Shown in pieces: positions 17,670 through 26,503 of a DNA stretch of 64,000 nucleotides. The notes beneath the pieces were generated by a model. That model searched no databases. It was given only the letters and a program-made list of their open reading frames with translations, and was not told the origin of the DNA. The first letter of the stretch is position 1. The number at the start of each line of letters is the position of its first letter. Location of the stretch: positions 1 through 64,000 of the IMG/VR virus record IMGVR_UViG_2910441116_000002. One strand, given 5' to 3'. The position numbers and the translations under genes were made by a program. The DNA comes from a virus. Lineage: Duplodnaviria > Caudoviricetes.

Positions 17670-18323
17670 TTATTCTCCTGATAAATCCAATTCGATTTCG
17701 TAATCTTTTCTTTTATCCATTTCCATATTATCTTCGGCGCCTTTACGTGCATCCCACGACATTTTAATCCATTCGATCTCCTTAGCCTTTCCGCGTTCAA
17801 GATACCAAATGATCGCGCCCTCTTTGATTACGCCTTTATCGATTTCTCCGCCGATGTTGTCGGACATAAACATGTCGGGCATATCGATTTGCTCGCCTGT
17901 TGACGTAACTAGCGTAGCTTGATCGGGATATGTCGTAAATTTACCTTCCGTTGTGTTCTCGAGTTTAAACTTTACGCCTACTGCCGATTCCTCTGCGGTT
18001 TCGTCCTCCATTGTCGGAGCCTTTTCCGTAACTACAACTTTTTGTATTTCCGATTTAAGTCCGTTAAAATCGTCGCTCCAAGTTACGTCATCATAGTACG
18101 TCCATAGATCGTTTTTCTCGCCCTCTTTTGCCGCCTCTGTTTCCGCAGCTTCCGTTTCGGACTCAGACTCGGAGGCAGTCGCTTCGTCGTCTACTTTAGC
18201 TTCCGCTTTGTTGTCGTCGTTCTCCTCTAATTCCTCTTTGGCCGCGTCTTCCCCGCAAGCACTTAACGAAACTGCTCCAACTAAAAGCGCCGTCAACATC
18301 CAGTTTTTCTTCTTCCTTAACAT
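17670..18323 (-). CDS. Acidic lipoprotein (moron/lysogenic conversion)
   Basis: Basic N-terminus, hydrophobic core, LSAC lipobox; beta-rich C-domain. Confidence 0.85.
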   Translation of the reverse strand: MLRKKKNWMLTALLVGAVSLSACGEDAAKEELEENDDNKAEAKVDDEATASESESETEAAETEAAKEGEKNDLWTYYDDVTWSDDFNGLKSEIQKVVVTEKAPTMEDETAEESAVGVKFKLENTTEGKFTTYPDQATLVTSTGEQIDMPDMFMSDNIGGEIDKGVIKEGAIIWYLERGKAKEIEWIKMSWDARKGAEDNMEMDKRKDYEIELDLSGE

Positions 18324-18355
18324 TTAATCTCTCCCTTTCTTCTTGCGTATATTGG

Positions 18356-18976
18356 TTATTCAGAATACACCGTAAAATATTCGTGCTCGAAGTAATCCCT
18401 CGCTGTACTCGTAAATTCCTCGTTAGAAACGCTGCCTAACCCGCCGATATCTTCATACGCTTCCTTCGATATCTCAGAACTTACCGCCACATCTACGCGT
18501 TCTTCAATATCGAAAACACCGTTCCATTCGACCGTTGCATTTTCAACCGCATAATTTTCGTACGTTTCCGTGAAGATTTGCTTAGCTCCGCTCAATAATT
18601 CGTCTACGCGATCGGACGTTGAGTCGCTGCTTGACGTACCTTCCATGAGTTTATACGTAACTTTTCCGTTTTCAACCGTAATGTCCATGATCGTTTCGCG
18701 GTTATTACGTCCCTCCGCCTGGACTTCATTAACGATAAACTCCGCCATTTCCGATTCGATTACGCTAGGATCGGAGGTTAGTTCGGCTTCCTTCTGCTCC
18801 GTCGACTCCTCCGTACTTCCGTCCGCTGAGCTTCCCGTACTCTCCGTCGTTGTAACCTCCGCTTTAGCTTCGTTATTTCCGTTCGCGCTATCCTCGCCTT
18901 CTCCGTCTGTAACCGTTGCAAGCGTAAGTCCTCCGGCAATTACGACCGCGCCAATTCCCGCTAACCATCGCTTCAT
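18356..18976 (-). CDS. Acidic secreted or membrane-anchored protein
   Basis: N-terminal signal/anchor, S/T/E linker; own promoter TTGTAA-N17-TATACT at ~19017-19045. Confidence 0.75.
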   Translation of the reverse strand: MKRWLAGIGAVVIAGGLTLATVTDGEGEDSANGNNEAKAEVTTTESTGSSADGSTEESTEQKEAELTSDPSVIESEMAEFIVNEVQAEGRNNRETIMDITVENGKVTYKLMEGTSSSDSTSDRVDELLSGAKQIFTETYENYAVENATVEWNGVFDIEERVDVAVSSEISKEAYEDIGGLGSVSNEEFTSTARDYFEHEYFTVYSE

Positions 18977-19078
18977 GTTTTCGTCATCCTTTCGCTTTTT
19001 ATAGTATGTACGATTAAGTATAGTCTAAGTTTCACGAAATTACAACTTAATTACAAAAAAAAGATTGGCGACCCGTTG

Positions 19079-19189
19079 TTAAGGATCGCCTTTAAGAACT
19101 AACAAAACCTGAATGAATGACGCTACGATAATGAGTGGGAGTAGAATCAAGAAAACATAAAGAAAAGAGATGAAATCCCCGCCTTCCAT
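19079..19189 (-). CDS. Unlisted 36-aa hydrophobic peptide MEGGDFISFLYVFLILLPLIIVASFIQVLLVLKGDP
   Basis: Single TM helix; promoter TTTACA-N17-TAATAT upstream; terminator overlapping stop; SD weak. Confidence 0.45.
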   Translation of the reverse strand: MEGGDFISFLYVFLILLPLIIVASFIQVLLVLKGDP

Positions 19190-19268
19190 GTTTTTCTTGT
19201 TACAACCATATTACAATATTTCCTTTTTTATGTAAATACCGAGGATGAAATTCCCCGGTAAAATTTTC

Positions 19269-20351
19269 TTATTTATCCTTTAAAGCTTGTTTATAAGCGT
19301 TTAACGCAAACGTGACAGCTTCTGCTCTTGTGACGTGGTTATCAGGTCTGAATGTGCCGTCTGGATAACCTTCTGTAATGCCTAAGTCTTTAGCTTCTGT
19401 AATCTGCTTTTGGAGGTTACTCTCCTTTTCTACATCTCTGAATCCGGTATTCGCCATATTATAATCCCCCTCGTCTTTTTTGTCCGCAAGCTCCACGAAT
19501 TTTTCATGCGCCGTAATGCAATGAACCTCGCCCGAAACGCCGCGTACCTTGTACATCTTCTTACCGTCTACCTCTAATAAGCCGAGCACTTCCGCAAAGC
19601 CTTCGGTTGCTGCGCCGACTTTGAACGCGTCATCCCACGTAGCTTTCGAGTAGAAGTCAACGCCTTTTTTTCCGTTGTAAATCACGTTCAACCGTTTACC
19701 TTCGTATCTCTTCGCGCCTCTTAACCGCTTAACTTCCGCCGGTTTATCGCCTTTGTACTCCACGCCGAGGTACGAAAGGATCGCCTTCGCGTCTGCCTCC
19801 GCGCATTTCTGCCGGTATTCCTTCGAGTTTTTTCCGAAGATATTCTCGAAGTCGCGGGCGTTCGTCATAAATCCGTGCTCGATTAGAATCGCCGTCATGG
19901 CCGTTTCCCGCAACATATGGAAGTTCGTCCAGCTTCCTTCCTGCGAGTAATGCCGACCGCTTCCGTGGAGTGCGATTCCTTTCGCTTTAAATTCGCGAAC
20001 GACTGCATCCGCGAGTTTATTCGATCCGCTATAACCTTTCCACGCGAATACGCACGCGCCACTTGCCGATGGATCCCCCGCGTTAGCGTGAATAGATACG
20101 AGTAAATCAACGTTCTTCCTGTTCGCTAAATTCGTCCGGTGGTCGAGTCCAACATCGCGCTTATATGGCGGTTGAGTTACGAGGACTTTTACGTTATGCT
20201 CCTCGAGAATTTTCCGTACTTTCTCGCCGACGTCCGCGTTAAAGTGGTGCTCCTCGTAATTTTTTCCGGCACGCCGAACGCCTTTACTATCGTGGTCATT
20301 GAACGTATTCTCTCCGTGTCCGTAATCTAATGCGACGTATGCTTTCGCCAT
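19269..20351 (-). CDS. Endolysin: N-acetylmuramoyl-L-alanine amidase (Amidase_3) with C-terminal SLH domain
   Basis: LDYGHG, E, SIHAN, ILIEHGFMTN; C-terminal FRDV..GITEGYPDGTFRPDNHVTRAEA. Confidence 0.93.
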   Translation of the reverse strand: MAKAYVALDYGHGENTFNDHDSKGVRRAGKNYEEHHFNADVGEKVRKILEEHNVKVLVTQPPYKRDVGLDHRTNLANRKNVDLLVSIHANAGDPSASGACVFAWKGYSGSNKLADAVVREFKAKGIALHGSGRHYSQEGSWTNFHMLRETAMTAILIEHGFMTNARDFENIFGKNSKEYRQKCAEADAKAILSYLGVEYKGDKPAEVKRLRGAKRYEGKRLNVIYNGKKGVDFYSKATWDDAFKVGAATEGFAEVLGLLEVDGKKMYKVRGVSGEVHCITAHEKFVELADKKDEGDYNMANTGFRDVEKESNLQKQITEAKDLGITEGYPDGTFRPDNHVTRAEAVTFALNAYKQALKDK

Positions 20352-20352
20352 A

Positions 20353-20586
20353 TTATTCGCCTCCGTTCGGATTCTCCGCTTGCTTCCGTCGAGCCTCCGG
20401 TTTCAACCCTTCGCCGTTTGACGGATTAATTATGACGCCTGCCGCGATGAGTACGGCAAAAGCTGCGTCGACGTACGTTTGGTACTGTTCCGGCGCGACT
20501 AATCCTGCGTCGTTTAAAATTAAACCGATTAAACTCGCCAAAGCCGTCCATAGCCCGTAGTTCTTAAACCTTTTTGGAATACGCAT
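20353..20586 (-). CDS. Holin
   Basis: RFKNYGLW, two TM helices, GVIINPS; immediately upstream of endolysin. Confidence 0.9.
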   Translation of the reverse strand: MRIPKRFKNYGLWTALASLIGLILNDAGLVAPEQYQTYVDAAFAVLIAAGVIINPSNGEGLKPEARRKQAENPNGGE

Positions 20587-20735
20587 AATAAAATCGTCTC
20601 CTTTTCGTTATAATTTCGCAAAACCCGTCCAATTACCTATTGAATCCCCGTGATATTCCGTATATGCTTATCACATGGGACGTCACTTCCGTTCTCCTGC
20701 CGTAGCCATACGTGGGAGGGACGGTCGTGACGTCC

Positions 20736-21029
20736 CTAATTAAATAAAATCATCATCGCCGATCCCGCTATTGCCGCAGCTACCGCAAAAATCCCTCCAA
20801 TAAACGCAATCCACATCGCCTTCTTTTCGCTTCTGTCCGTATCCCACTTCTTGTCGTTGTTATCCAACCTACGCTCAACGTCGTCGATTCGATGCGAGTT
20901 TCCGCGTCCGAGTTCGAGAGACTGTTTCGCCGTCTCTTTTAACTCGCCCTGATCGTCTAACTTCGTCTCTAAACGCGCAAGCCGGTCGAGTATTTCGAGC
21001 AAGTAGGCGTCACGCTCCTTATCATCCAT
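20736..21029 (-). CDS. XhlA-like lysis-associated protein (coiled coil plus C-terminal TM)
   Basis: RLARLETKLD..HRIDDVE, C-terminal hydrophobic helix; RBS GGAGG. Confidence 0.7.
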   Translation of the reverse strand: MDDKERDAYLLEILDRLARLETKLDDQGELKETAKQSLELGRGNSHRIDDVERRLDNNDKKWDTDRSEKKAMWIAFIGGIFAVAAAIAGSAMMILFN

Positions 21030-21210
21030 CACCGTTAGCCTCCTTCTGAGGATGAACGCGCTTAACGTCAATCCTGGCGAATATTTCTCCGCCGAGTTCG
21101 ACGACATGTACCGTACTATCGTTCAATAACTCCGCAAATGCTTTCGGGTTGAAATCGTCGACCGTTACATACGTTTCTTCTCCGCTATGTGTTACGACTC
21201 GTAATTCCAT
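21022..21210 (-). CDS. Small tail-associated hypothetical protein
   Basis: RBS AGGCGGTG; position after tail spike. Confidence 0.65.
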   Translation of the reverse strand: MELRVVTHSGEETYVTVDDFNPKAFAELLNDSTVHVVELGGEIFARIDVKRVHPQKEANGDG

Positions 21211-21230
21211 CGGTTATCCACCGCCTTTTC

Positions 21231-23207
21231 CTAGAAATTTCCGCCGATTCTCGATTGAATGAACAGACGAGATACGACGTTTGCGTTGATTCTTGCGAGC
21301 GTGTCGGGCGTAAGCGTTATTTCGTGCCACGTACCTCTTTGTACGCGACCTCCGCCGTCTTTCGATAAGTACGGGATTAAGTCGATCATTTCTCCGTTCG
21401 TGCTAGAGTCCGGCAACAAATTACCGTCCACGCGTACTTCGATAGAACTAGGCGTTTCGCTCAGCTTATATATGCCGTGTTTGACCTCGTGCGTATGGTC
21501 GGGCAGCGTAATACTGTGCGTATGTGACGGGATTGTAACGTCGTGAGAGTGGTTAGGTATCGTCACATTATGCGAATGGTTTGGGGTAGAAAAATCGTGC
21601 GAGTGTGACGGAATCGAAACGCTGTGCGAGTGATTCCCGGAAGAACCGGCCGTGTAAATATTACCTTGTTGATTCGTCTCGATATCCACCGCAACGTTCA
21701 ATCCAGAGCTTCCGCTCGAGCGCGTATAGTATCGCTTTTTACCCATGTCCGATGTGTCACTTCCGGAGTAATCGAACATCATGTGCGTGTGGTTTCCGCC
21801 GCCGCTTGACGTTTGCGTCGTACTTCCTCCGGAAAGCGTCGATTTACTTACGCCGCCTCCGCTTGTAGAAGTCGCCGTCGTTCCGCCACCACTCGTCGTC
21901 GTTTCGGTCGTACTTCCGCCACTTGAGGTCGATTCAACGATTGCACCACCGCCCTCCGTCGCTTTCGCATACGCCCGGAATTCTTCGGACTCGTACGTAA
22001 GGTCAAGCGTGTTGATGTTTACGAGGTCATCCGGTAAGTAAAATCGAATAACCGCCGGATTTTGCGGATCTGCGTTGTCCTGGTAATCGTGCGAGTCGAT
22101 GTTCGTCGCGCCTTGTGAATACGCCTCATTTACGCGAATTTTTCGCTCTAAATCCGTTTGAATGTCCGCAGCATCATCGAGCTTATTGGCGATAGTATAT
22201 TTAACGTCCCATTCGTCGGATAAGTCCGATATGCTTTCGCCGGTTATGCGTGCTTTGTACGTTTTGTCCTCGACAACTACGTTAATGACGTCATTTAAAT
22301 CGCGTTGTTCGTGCGCGTACTCAGGTAAAACGGAGAGGTCAATCGCGTCCGTTTCGAAGGAGAATAACGGATCTTTCCGTTGATTAAGAATCGAACGCCC
22401 CGATTCGAGTAACGATTCTGCGATTTGGAAACGCCGGTCGACCCAAATGTACGGATGTTTGCCCCATTTGGAAATGGATTCGTCGTCCTTCAAAAAACGC
22501 TCACCTCCGTTGACCTCCTCGATCCCGAGCTGGTTGACGCCTTCTCCGTAACCTTTCGGGATAATATAATTGACGAGTTCCGACGTATCTGAGACGTCCT
22601 CAAATGACGCGATGTCCTTGCCCCACCGGATTTCGCCCTTTAGCGCGTCGGATGGGCGAACGAGATTCAGCGTCCACGGGTAGGATTCGGTATCAAACGT
22701 AAATTGGAACGCCTCATCAAACGGTTGCGGGATCGAAAGAACCGGCGCAAGAAGGCCGTTTTCGTTTTCGAAGGAATAATGGAAATAGCGCTCGAAATCA
22801 ACCGTGCCGAGTTTCCACGGCTTAACTCCGTCCGAGTCCAGCTCTTGTAAATCGATGAGCGCCTGCAGTACGTCGGTCGTCGTGTGATTCGTGAATTGGT
22901 AGTATCCGTCCATAACCGTGTCGAGTAGCGTGGACAAAACGTGGTCGCATTCGTATTCGATCGAACCTCCGTTGTCGCTTCGTTTGGTGCGCGTCGGCAT
23001 AATGCGGTAGAGTCCGTAGTACCTCCCCGTTGCGTCACCGTAAATTTCAACGAAATTATAGTGCTGGCAATTTTCCGTTTTTTCGTCGTCTATAGGCATA
23101 GAAAAAGACGCTGACCAAACTTCGTTGGCGCGCCTTTCTACGGAGATGGCGTATGCGTTTTCGAGATATGCGAGCAAGTTGCGGTTGCGGTCGAGTATTT
23201 TAATTAT
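21231..23207 (-). CDS. Tail spike / Tal-like structural protein with C-terminal HxH repeats; probable ATA start
   Basis: KILD..LAYLENA N-terminus typical of prophage tail proteins; SSGG/T repeats and HSH/HTH motifs; SD AGAGGTGATC. Confidence 0.85.
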   Translation of the reverse strand: MIKILDRNRNLLAYLENAYAISVERRANEVWSASFSMPIDDEKTENCQHYNFVEIYGDATGRYYGLYRIMPTRTKRSDNGGSIEYECDHVLSTLLDTVMDGYYQFTNHTTTDVLQALIDLQELDSDGVKPWKLGTVDFERYFHYSFENENGLLAPVLSIPQPFDEAFQFTFDTESYPWTLNLVRPSDALKGEIRWGKDIASFEDVSDTSELVNYIIPKGYGEGVNQLGIEEVNGGERFLKDDESISKWGKHPYIWVDRRFQIAESLLESGRSILNQRKDPLFSFETDAIDLSVLPEYAHEQRDLNDVINVVVEDKTYKARITGESISDLSDEWDVKYTIANKLDDAADIQTDLERKIRVNEAYSQGATNIDSHDYQDNADPQNPAVIRFYLPDDLVNINTLDLTYESEEFRAYAKATEGGGAIVESTSSGGSTTETTTSGGGTTATSTSGGGVSKSTLSGGSTTQTSSGGGNHTHMMFDYSGSDTSDMGKKRYYTRSSGSSGLNVAVDIETNQQGNIYTAGSSGNHSHSVSIPSHSHDFSTPNHSHNVTIPNHSHDVTIPSHTHSITLPDHTHEVKHGIYKLSETPSSIEVRVDGNLLPDSSTNGEMIDLIPYLSKDGGGRVQRGTWHEITLTPDTLARINANVVSRLFIQSRIGGNF

Positions 23208-23236
23208 TACGATCACCTCTTTTCATCAAAAAAAAA

Positions 23237-25648
23237 TTACCCATTAAATCTTAAACCACTTTCAATCGCGGATGGGATGCTCCCCATTTTGTCGGACAGT
23301 TTACAGAAAAGAAAGTTTCCATAAACCACGCCGCCACTCCCCGCTGCGTAACTAAACGTACCATATTGCTCTTCTGTTTGAGTTAAGTTTTCCGACCCGT
23401 CGTAAATAATCGGGAAGAAAATACAATCAATATAAGTTGACCTATCACTTTCGATAAATAAAGCGTCCTGCCCTGTATCACTTGTGATATTAGGTTTGAA
23501 TTCACAATTTATGAACGTATTCGTTCCTTTTCCATGAGCACCTCCATTATAATGGTCTATCACGCTTATTTGAGAACGTTCGCATGTTAATTTATGCGCT
23601 GTCTTGGATGCATTGTAGTGGAAATGTTTGCAATCAATTACTGTTATTTTCGGGTAAATAGAATTAGGGCCATAATTATCATCGTTACCCACGCCTACAT
23701 AGATATGGTTTTGTCCGATTGAATTCGTGGGAGCTGACATACTTTCTAATTCTAAGTTTTCAAAATGCCAGGTTGTATTAGTTGTAACTTCATCTGAATC
23801 AATACTACCTACTTTCGGAACATAATAATTGATTGGGTCAGCCATATGGAAAAGTCGTATGCCTTTATCACGGCCTTGCACTTTTACGTTTTTCACATTA
23901 ATTTGTGTAGGAAATCTACGCCGTTCATTGGTTGTTGTGATTAGACCGTCGGTGTGAAACGTCATCAACCTAGCAATATTATCATTAGATGGGTCATCAT
24001 AATCGAACGTAAAATTATTAATGTTAATATTCTTCCCATTCGTAATGATATACCCGTAGTCCGTGTCTTGGCCGACAAACTCTAAAATATAGGCTGTTTC
24101 GGTGTCTTGAATTTTTTGAGTACAGTTATCAATGTCAATGTCACCATCCCATTTAGAACCGTAATCACCACGGAAGAAAATAAAACTATTTTTCTTAACA
24201 GATGTGTTGTTGATTCTTAGTTTGCCACCTCCCGTCAACGTGAACCCTTTCTCTCCGACGAACGTATCATTTACTGTTAAATTCCAACAATGGAAGTGAA
24301 TATCAACTCGGTTCAAAGCACAATTTTCGATATTGAAGTCTTTGAACATGTTCGTTCCGAATACTCCCCAATGTACTTCCGACCCGTTTGCAGACACATT
24401 TTTAAAGGTGGATCGCAAAACCCTACGCCCGCCTATACCATATGTGCCGGCTCCAATATCTTCTGATGTTCCTGATCGATCTTTTTCTCTTGGCATGACT
24501 CTAACATCTTCTAACTTGACATCATAAACATCTTCATAATAATAAAACCCATGAACCGGGTCTTGGTTGTTATCGGATGTTCCTTCTTCCAACCCGACAA
24601 ATTGACCTCTAATGATAGTGCGGGCGCGTGTGATTAAAAACCCATTATCTCCGTAAGTGGTACTAGTCGAACCGTCATCCCATTGACCATTCAATAGGAA
24701 TGTTCCGCCTTCTACAATCAAGTAATTCTTTTCAGCTTCTTTTGCGGTAATACTTGTAATACCTCCCCAATCCCATGTAATTTCGCCTACAATACGACCG
24801 TGTTCATCTAAATAACATATATCCGTCATATTCCAACTTACACTTGAACCGACACGTTTACCGACCTGGTTATTTGCGTCCTCAATAACTAAAAAATGAT
24901 TGTTGTATTGGTCTAACTCACTTATAACCGGTTCTGTTCCTTTGATTAGTTGTGGAAGGATTGCATCATATAAACCTGAGTCAACCGTCACAAACTCATT
25001 ATCTGACTCCACAAGGAATACATGACCTTGGTCGTTATACGTTTCGTCAATATGGAAAATAGACGAACCTAAGTCGGTGTTTGTTTTGACTGGTATATTC
25101 CGCGTGTTGTTAATCCAATATTCACCCGCTGTATTGATAACAGGTAGATTGTTTTGGTTTGCATATTCATGGGCTTCTTTAATTGCCGGCCCATCGTCCG
25201 ACACACCATCACTAGGCGGGCTAAACATTGCGTATGTGACGTATTGAATACGTTTAGTACGGATGTCGTTCAACTCCGAGCTGAGTCGGTCATCCACCTC
25301 ATTAACTGGCCCCGCCGTGATTTCGGAAAATTCCTTCCAACTTCCATCGCTTTCTTTTACGTAAACCTTTCCGGTATCCCTAACGAAAACCCGATCATTT
25401 TCTTCCGCGCCAGGATGGTCGGTGTCAATGTCGGAAAACGTTGCGGAAGGTGTTCGGTATTTACCTACGTTGTATTGTAACGCCGCACTCGAGTCGTTTA
25501 TCGCTTGGTCGGATTGTGTTTTGGCTATATCAGCCGTTGATTTGGCGGTATCCGCGGTTGTACGAGCGTAATTAGCGTCGTTAATCGAATCGTTTAGTTT
25601 GTCCGTTCCCCTCCGAAGAGTATCGGTATAATTTATATTCTCGGCCAT
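23237..25648 (-). CDS. Tail fibre / receptor-binding protein with beta-helix (depolymerase-like) domain
   Basis: Phage-type N-terminal anchor, DGVSDDGPAI..A motif, N/I/D/T-rich repeats; AT-richer C-terminal part. Confidence 0.75.
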   Translation of the reverse strand: MAENINYTDTLRRGTDKLNDSINDANYARTTADTAKSTADIAKTQSDQAINDSSAALQYNVGKYRTPSATFSDIDTDHPGAEENDRVFVRDTGKVYVKESDGSWKEFSEITAGPVNEVDDRLSSELNDIRTKRIQYVTYAMFSPPSDGVSDDGPAIKEAHEYANQNNLPVINTAGEYWINNTRNIPVKTNTDLGSSIFHIDETYNDQGHVFLVESDNEFVTVDSGLYDAILPQLIKGTEPVISELDQYNNHFLVIEDANNQVGKRVGSSVSWNMTDICYLDEHGRIVGEITWDWGGITSITAKEAEKNYLIVEGGTFLLNGQWDDGSTSTTYGDNGFLITRARTIIRGQFVGLEEGTSDNNQDPVHGFYYYEDVYDVKLEDVRVMPREKDRSGTSEDIGAGTYGIGGRRVLRSTFKNVSANGSEVHWGVFGTNMFKDFNIENCALNRVDIHFHCWNLTVNDTFVGEKGFTLTGGGKLRINNTSVKKNSFIFFRGDYGSKWDGDIDIDNCTQKIQDTETAYILEFVGQDTDYGYIITNGKNININNFTFDYDDPSNDNIARLMTFHTDGLITTTNERRRFPTQINVKNVKVQGRDKGIRLFHMADPINYYVPKVGSIDSDEVTTNTTWHFENLELESMSAPTNSIGQNHIYVGVGNDDNYGPNSIYPKITVIDCKHFHYNASKTAHKLTCERSQISVIDHYNGGAHGKGTNTFINCEFKPNITSDTGQDALFIESDRSTYIDCIFFPIIYDGSENLTQTEEQYGTFSYAAGSGGVVYGNFLFCKLSDKMGSIPSAIESGLRFNG

Positions 25649-25678
25649 TCTTTCGCCTCCTTTTCGTACTTTCTTCGA

Positions 25679-26500
25679 TTACATGAACCTGTCGCGGAAT
25701 TTAACGGTTAAATCGAAATTCATGCCGTATCCCCATATATGAATCTCGTTATCGCCCGGTAATAACTCAAGGAACTCACCGGAAAAGTCCGGCATACCAT
25801 TTTGACCGTTATGCTTAACCGTGTATCGTTCGCCGTCTATAGTCCAACTTTCGTTGCTGAATGAAGGTAAATCGAACTGTTTCCCGTTTAACTGAAAATG
25901 TGCGTCGCCCGCCGAACCGTTTATATCGAATATTGGACGGACGGCATATCCGCGTATTTTTGCTTCGATTACCTTATCAGCCGTAATAGTGAACGTGTTG
26001 TCGCCCGTTTCTTCGTTTCCGAGGAGGTAGTGATATTCGAAGGTAACGTCGTCCGATCCCCATGTCGGAACTCCATCGGAATTATCTCGAACGGAATAGG
26101 CCCACGGATCATGCGCCGTAAGAGGTAGCGTAAACTCACCGGCTTTGACGACGCGCTCCAACGAAACACCGTTCACCAACCGCACGTTGTAAAATTTGTC
26201 CGGCTCATAATCGTAAATTAGTCGCGCTGTTTTCGGGCGTCCGTAGTCGTCGAGCAATACACGCGCAATCTCCCGCGCCTTTTCTTGTACGCCATATAAC
26301 GTTTCATTCCGCGGAATCATACACGCCAATTCAAACTCGCGTACGTCCGGTCGTCCGCCGAAATCATAAACGCCCGGCCTGCCCGGAATTTCCACCGTAG
26401 AACTACGAAAGCCCGGCGAAATAGGGTGCGCCGAGCCTTCGCGGTGTATGATGCCGAGGTCATCCGTAAAATGTACGCCGTCTATCGAGAAACCGCTCAT
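25679..26500 (-). CDS. Distal tail protein (Dit)
   Basis: Follows TMP; EIPGRPGVY, EPDKFY, DPWAYS, FLELLPGDN motifs. Confidence 0.88.
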   Translation of the reverse strand: MSGFSIDGVHFTDDLGIIHREGSAHPISPGFRSSTVEIPGRPGVYDFGGRPDVREFELACMIPRNETLYGVQEKAREIARVLLDDYGRPKTARLIYDYEPDKFYNVRLVNGVSLERVVKAGEFTLPLTAHDPWAYSVRDNSDGVPTWGSDDVTFEYHYLLGNEETGDNTFTITADKVIEAKIRGYAVRPIFDINGSAGDAHFQLNGKQFDLPSFSNESWTIDGERYTVKHNGQNGMPDFSGEFLELLPGDNEIHIWGYGMNFDLTVKFRDRFM

Positions 26501-26503
26501 GTT

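Noticed and set aside
21231-25648. Diversity-generating retroelement acting on tail genes
   Set aside because: No reverse transcriptase and no template/variable repeat pair seen in the window
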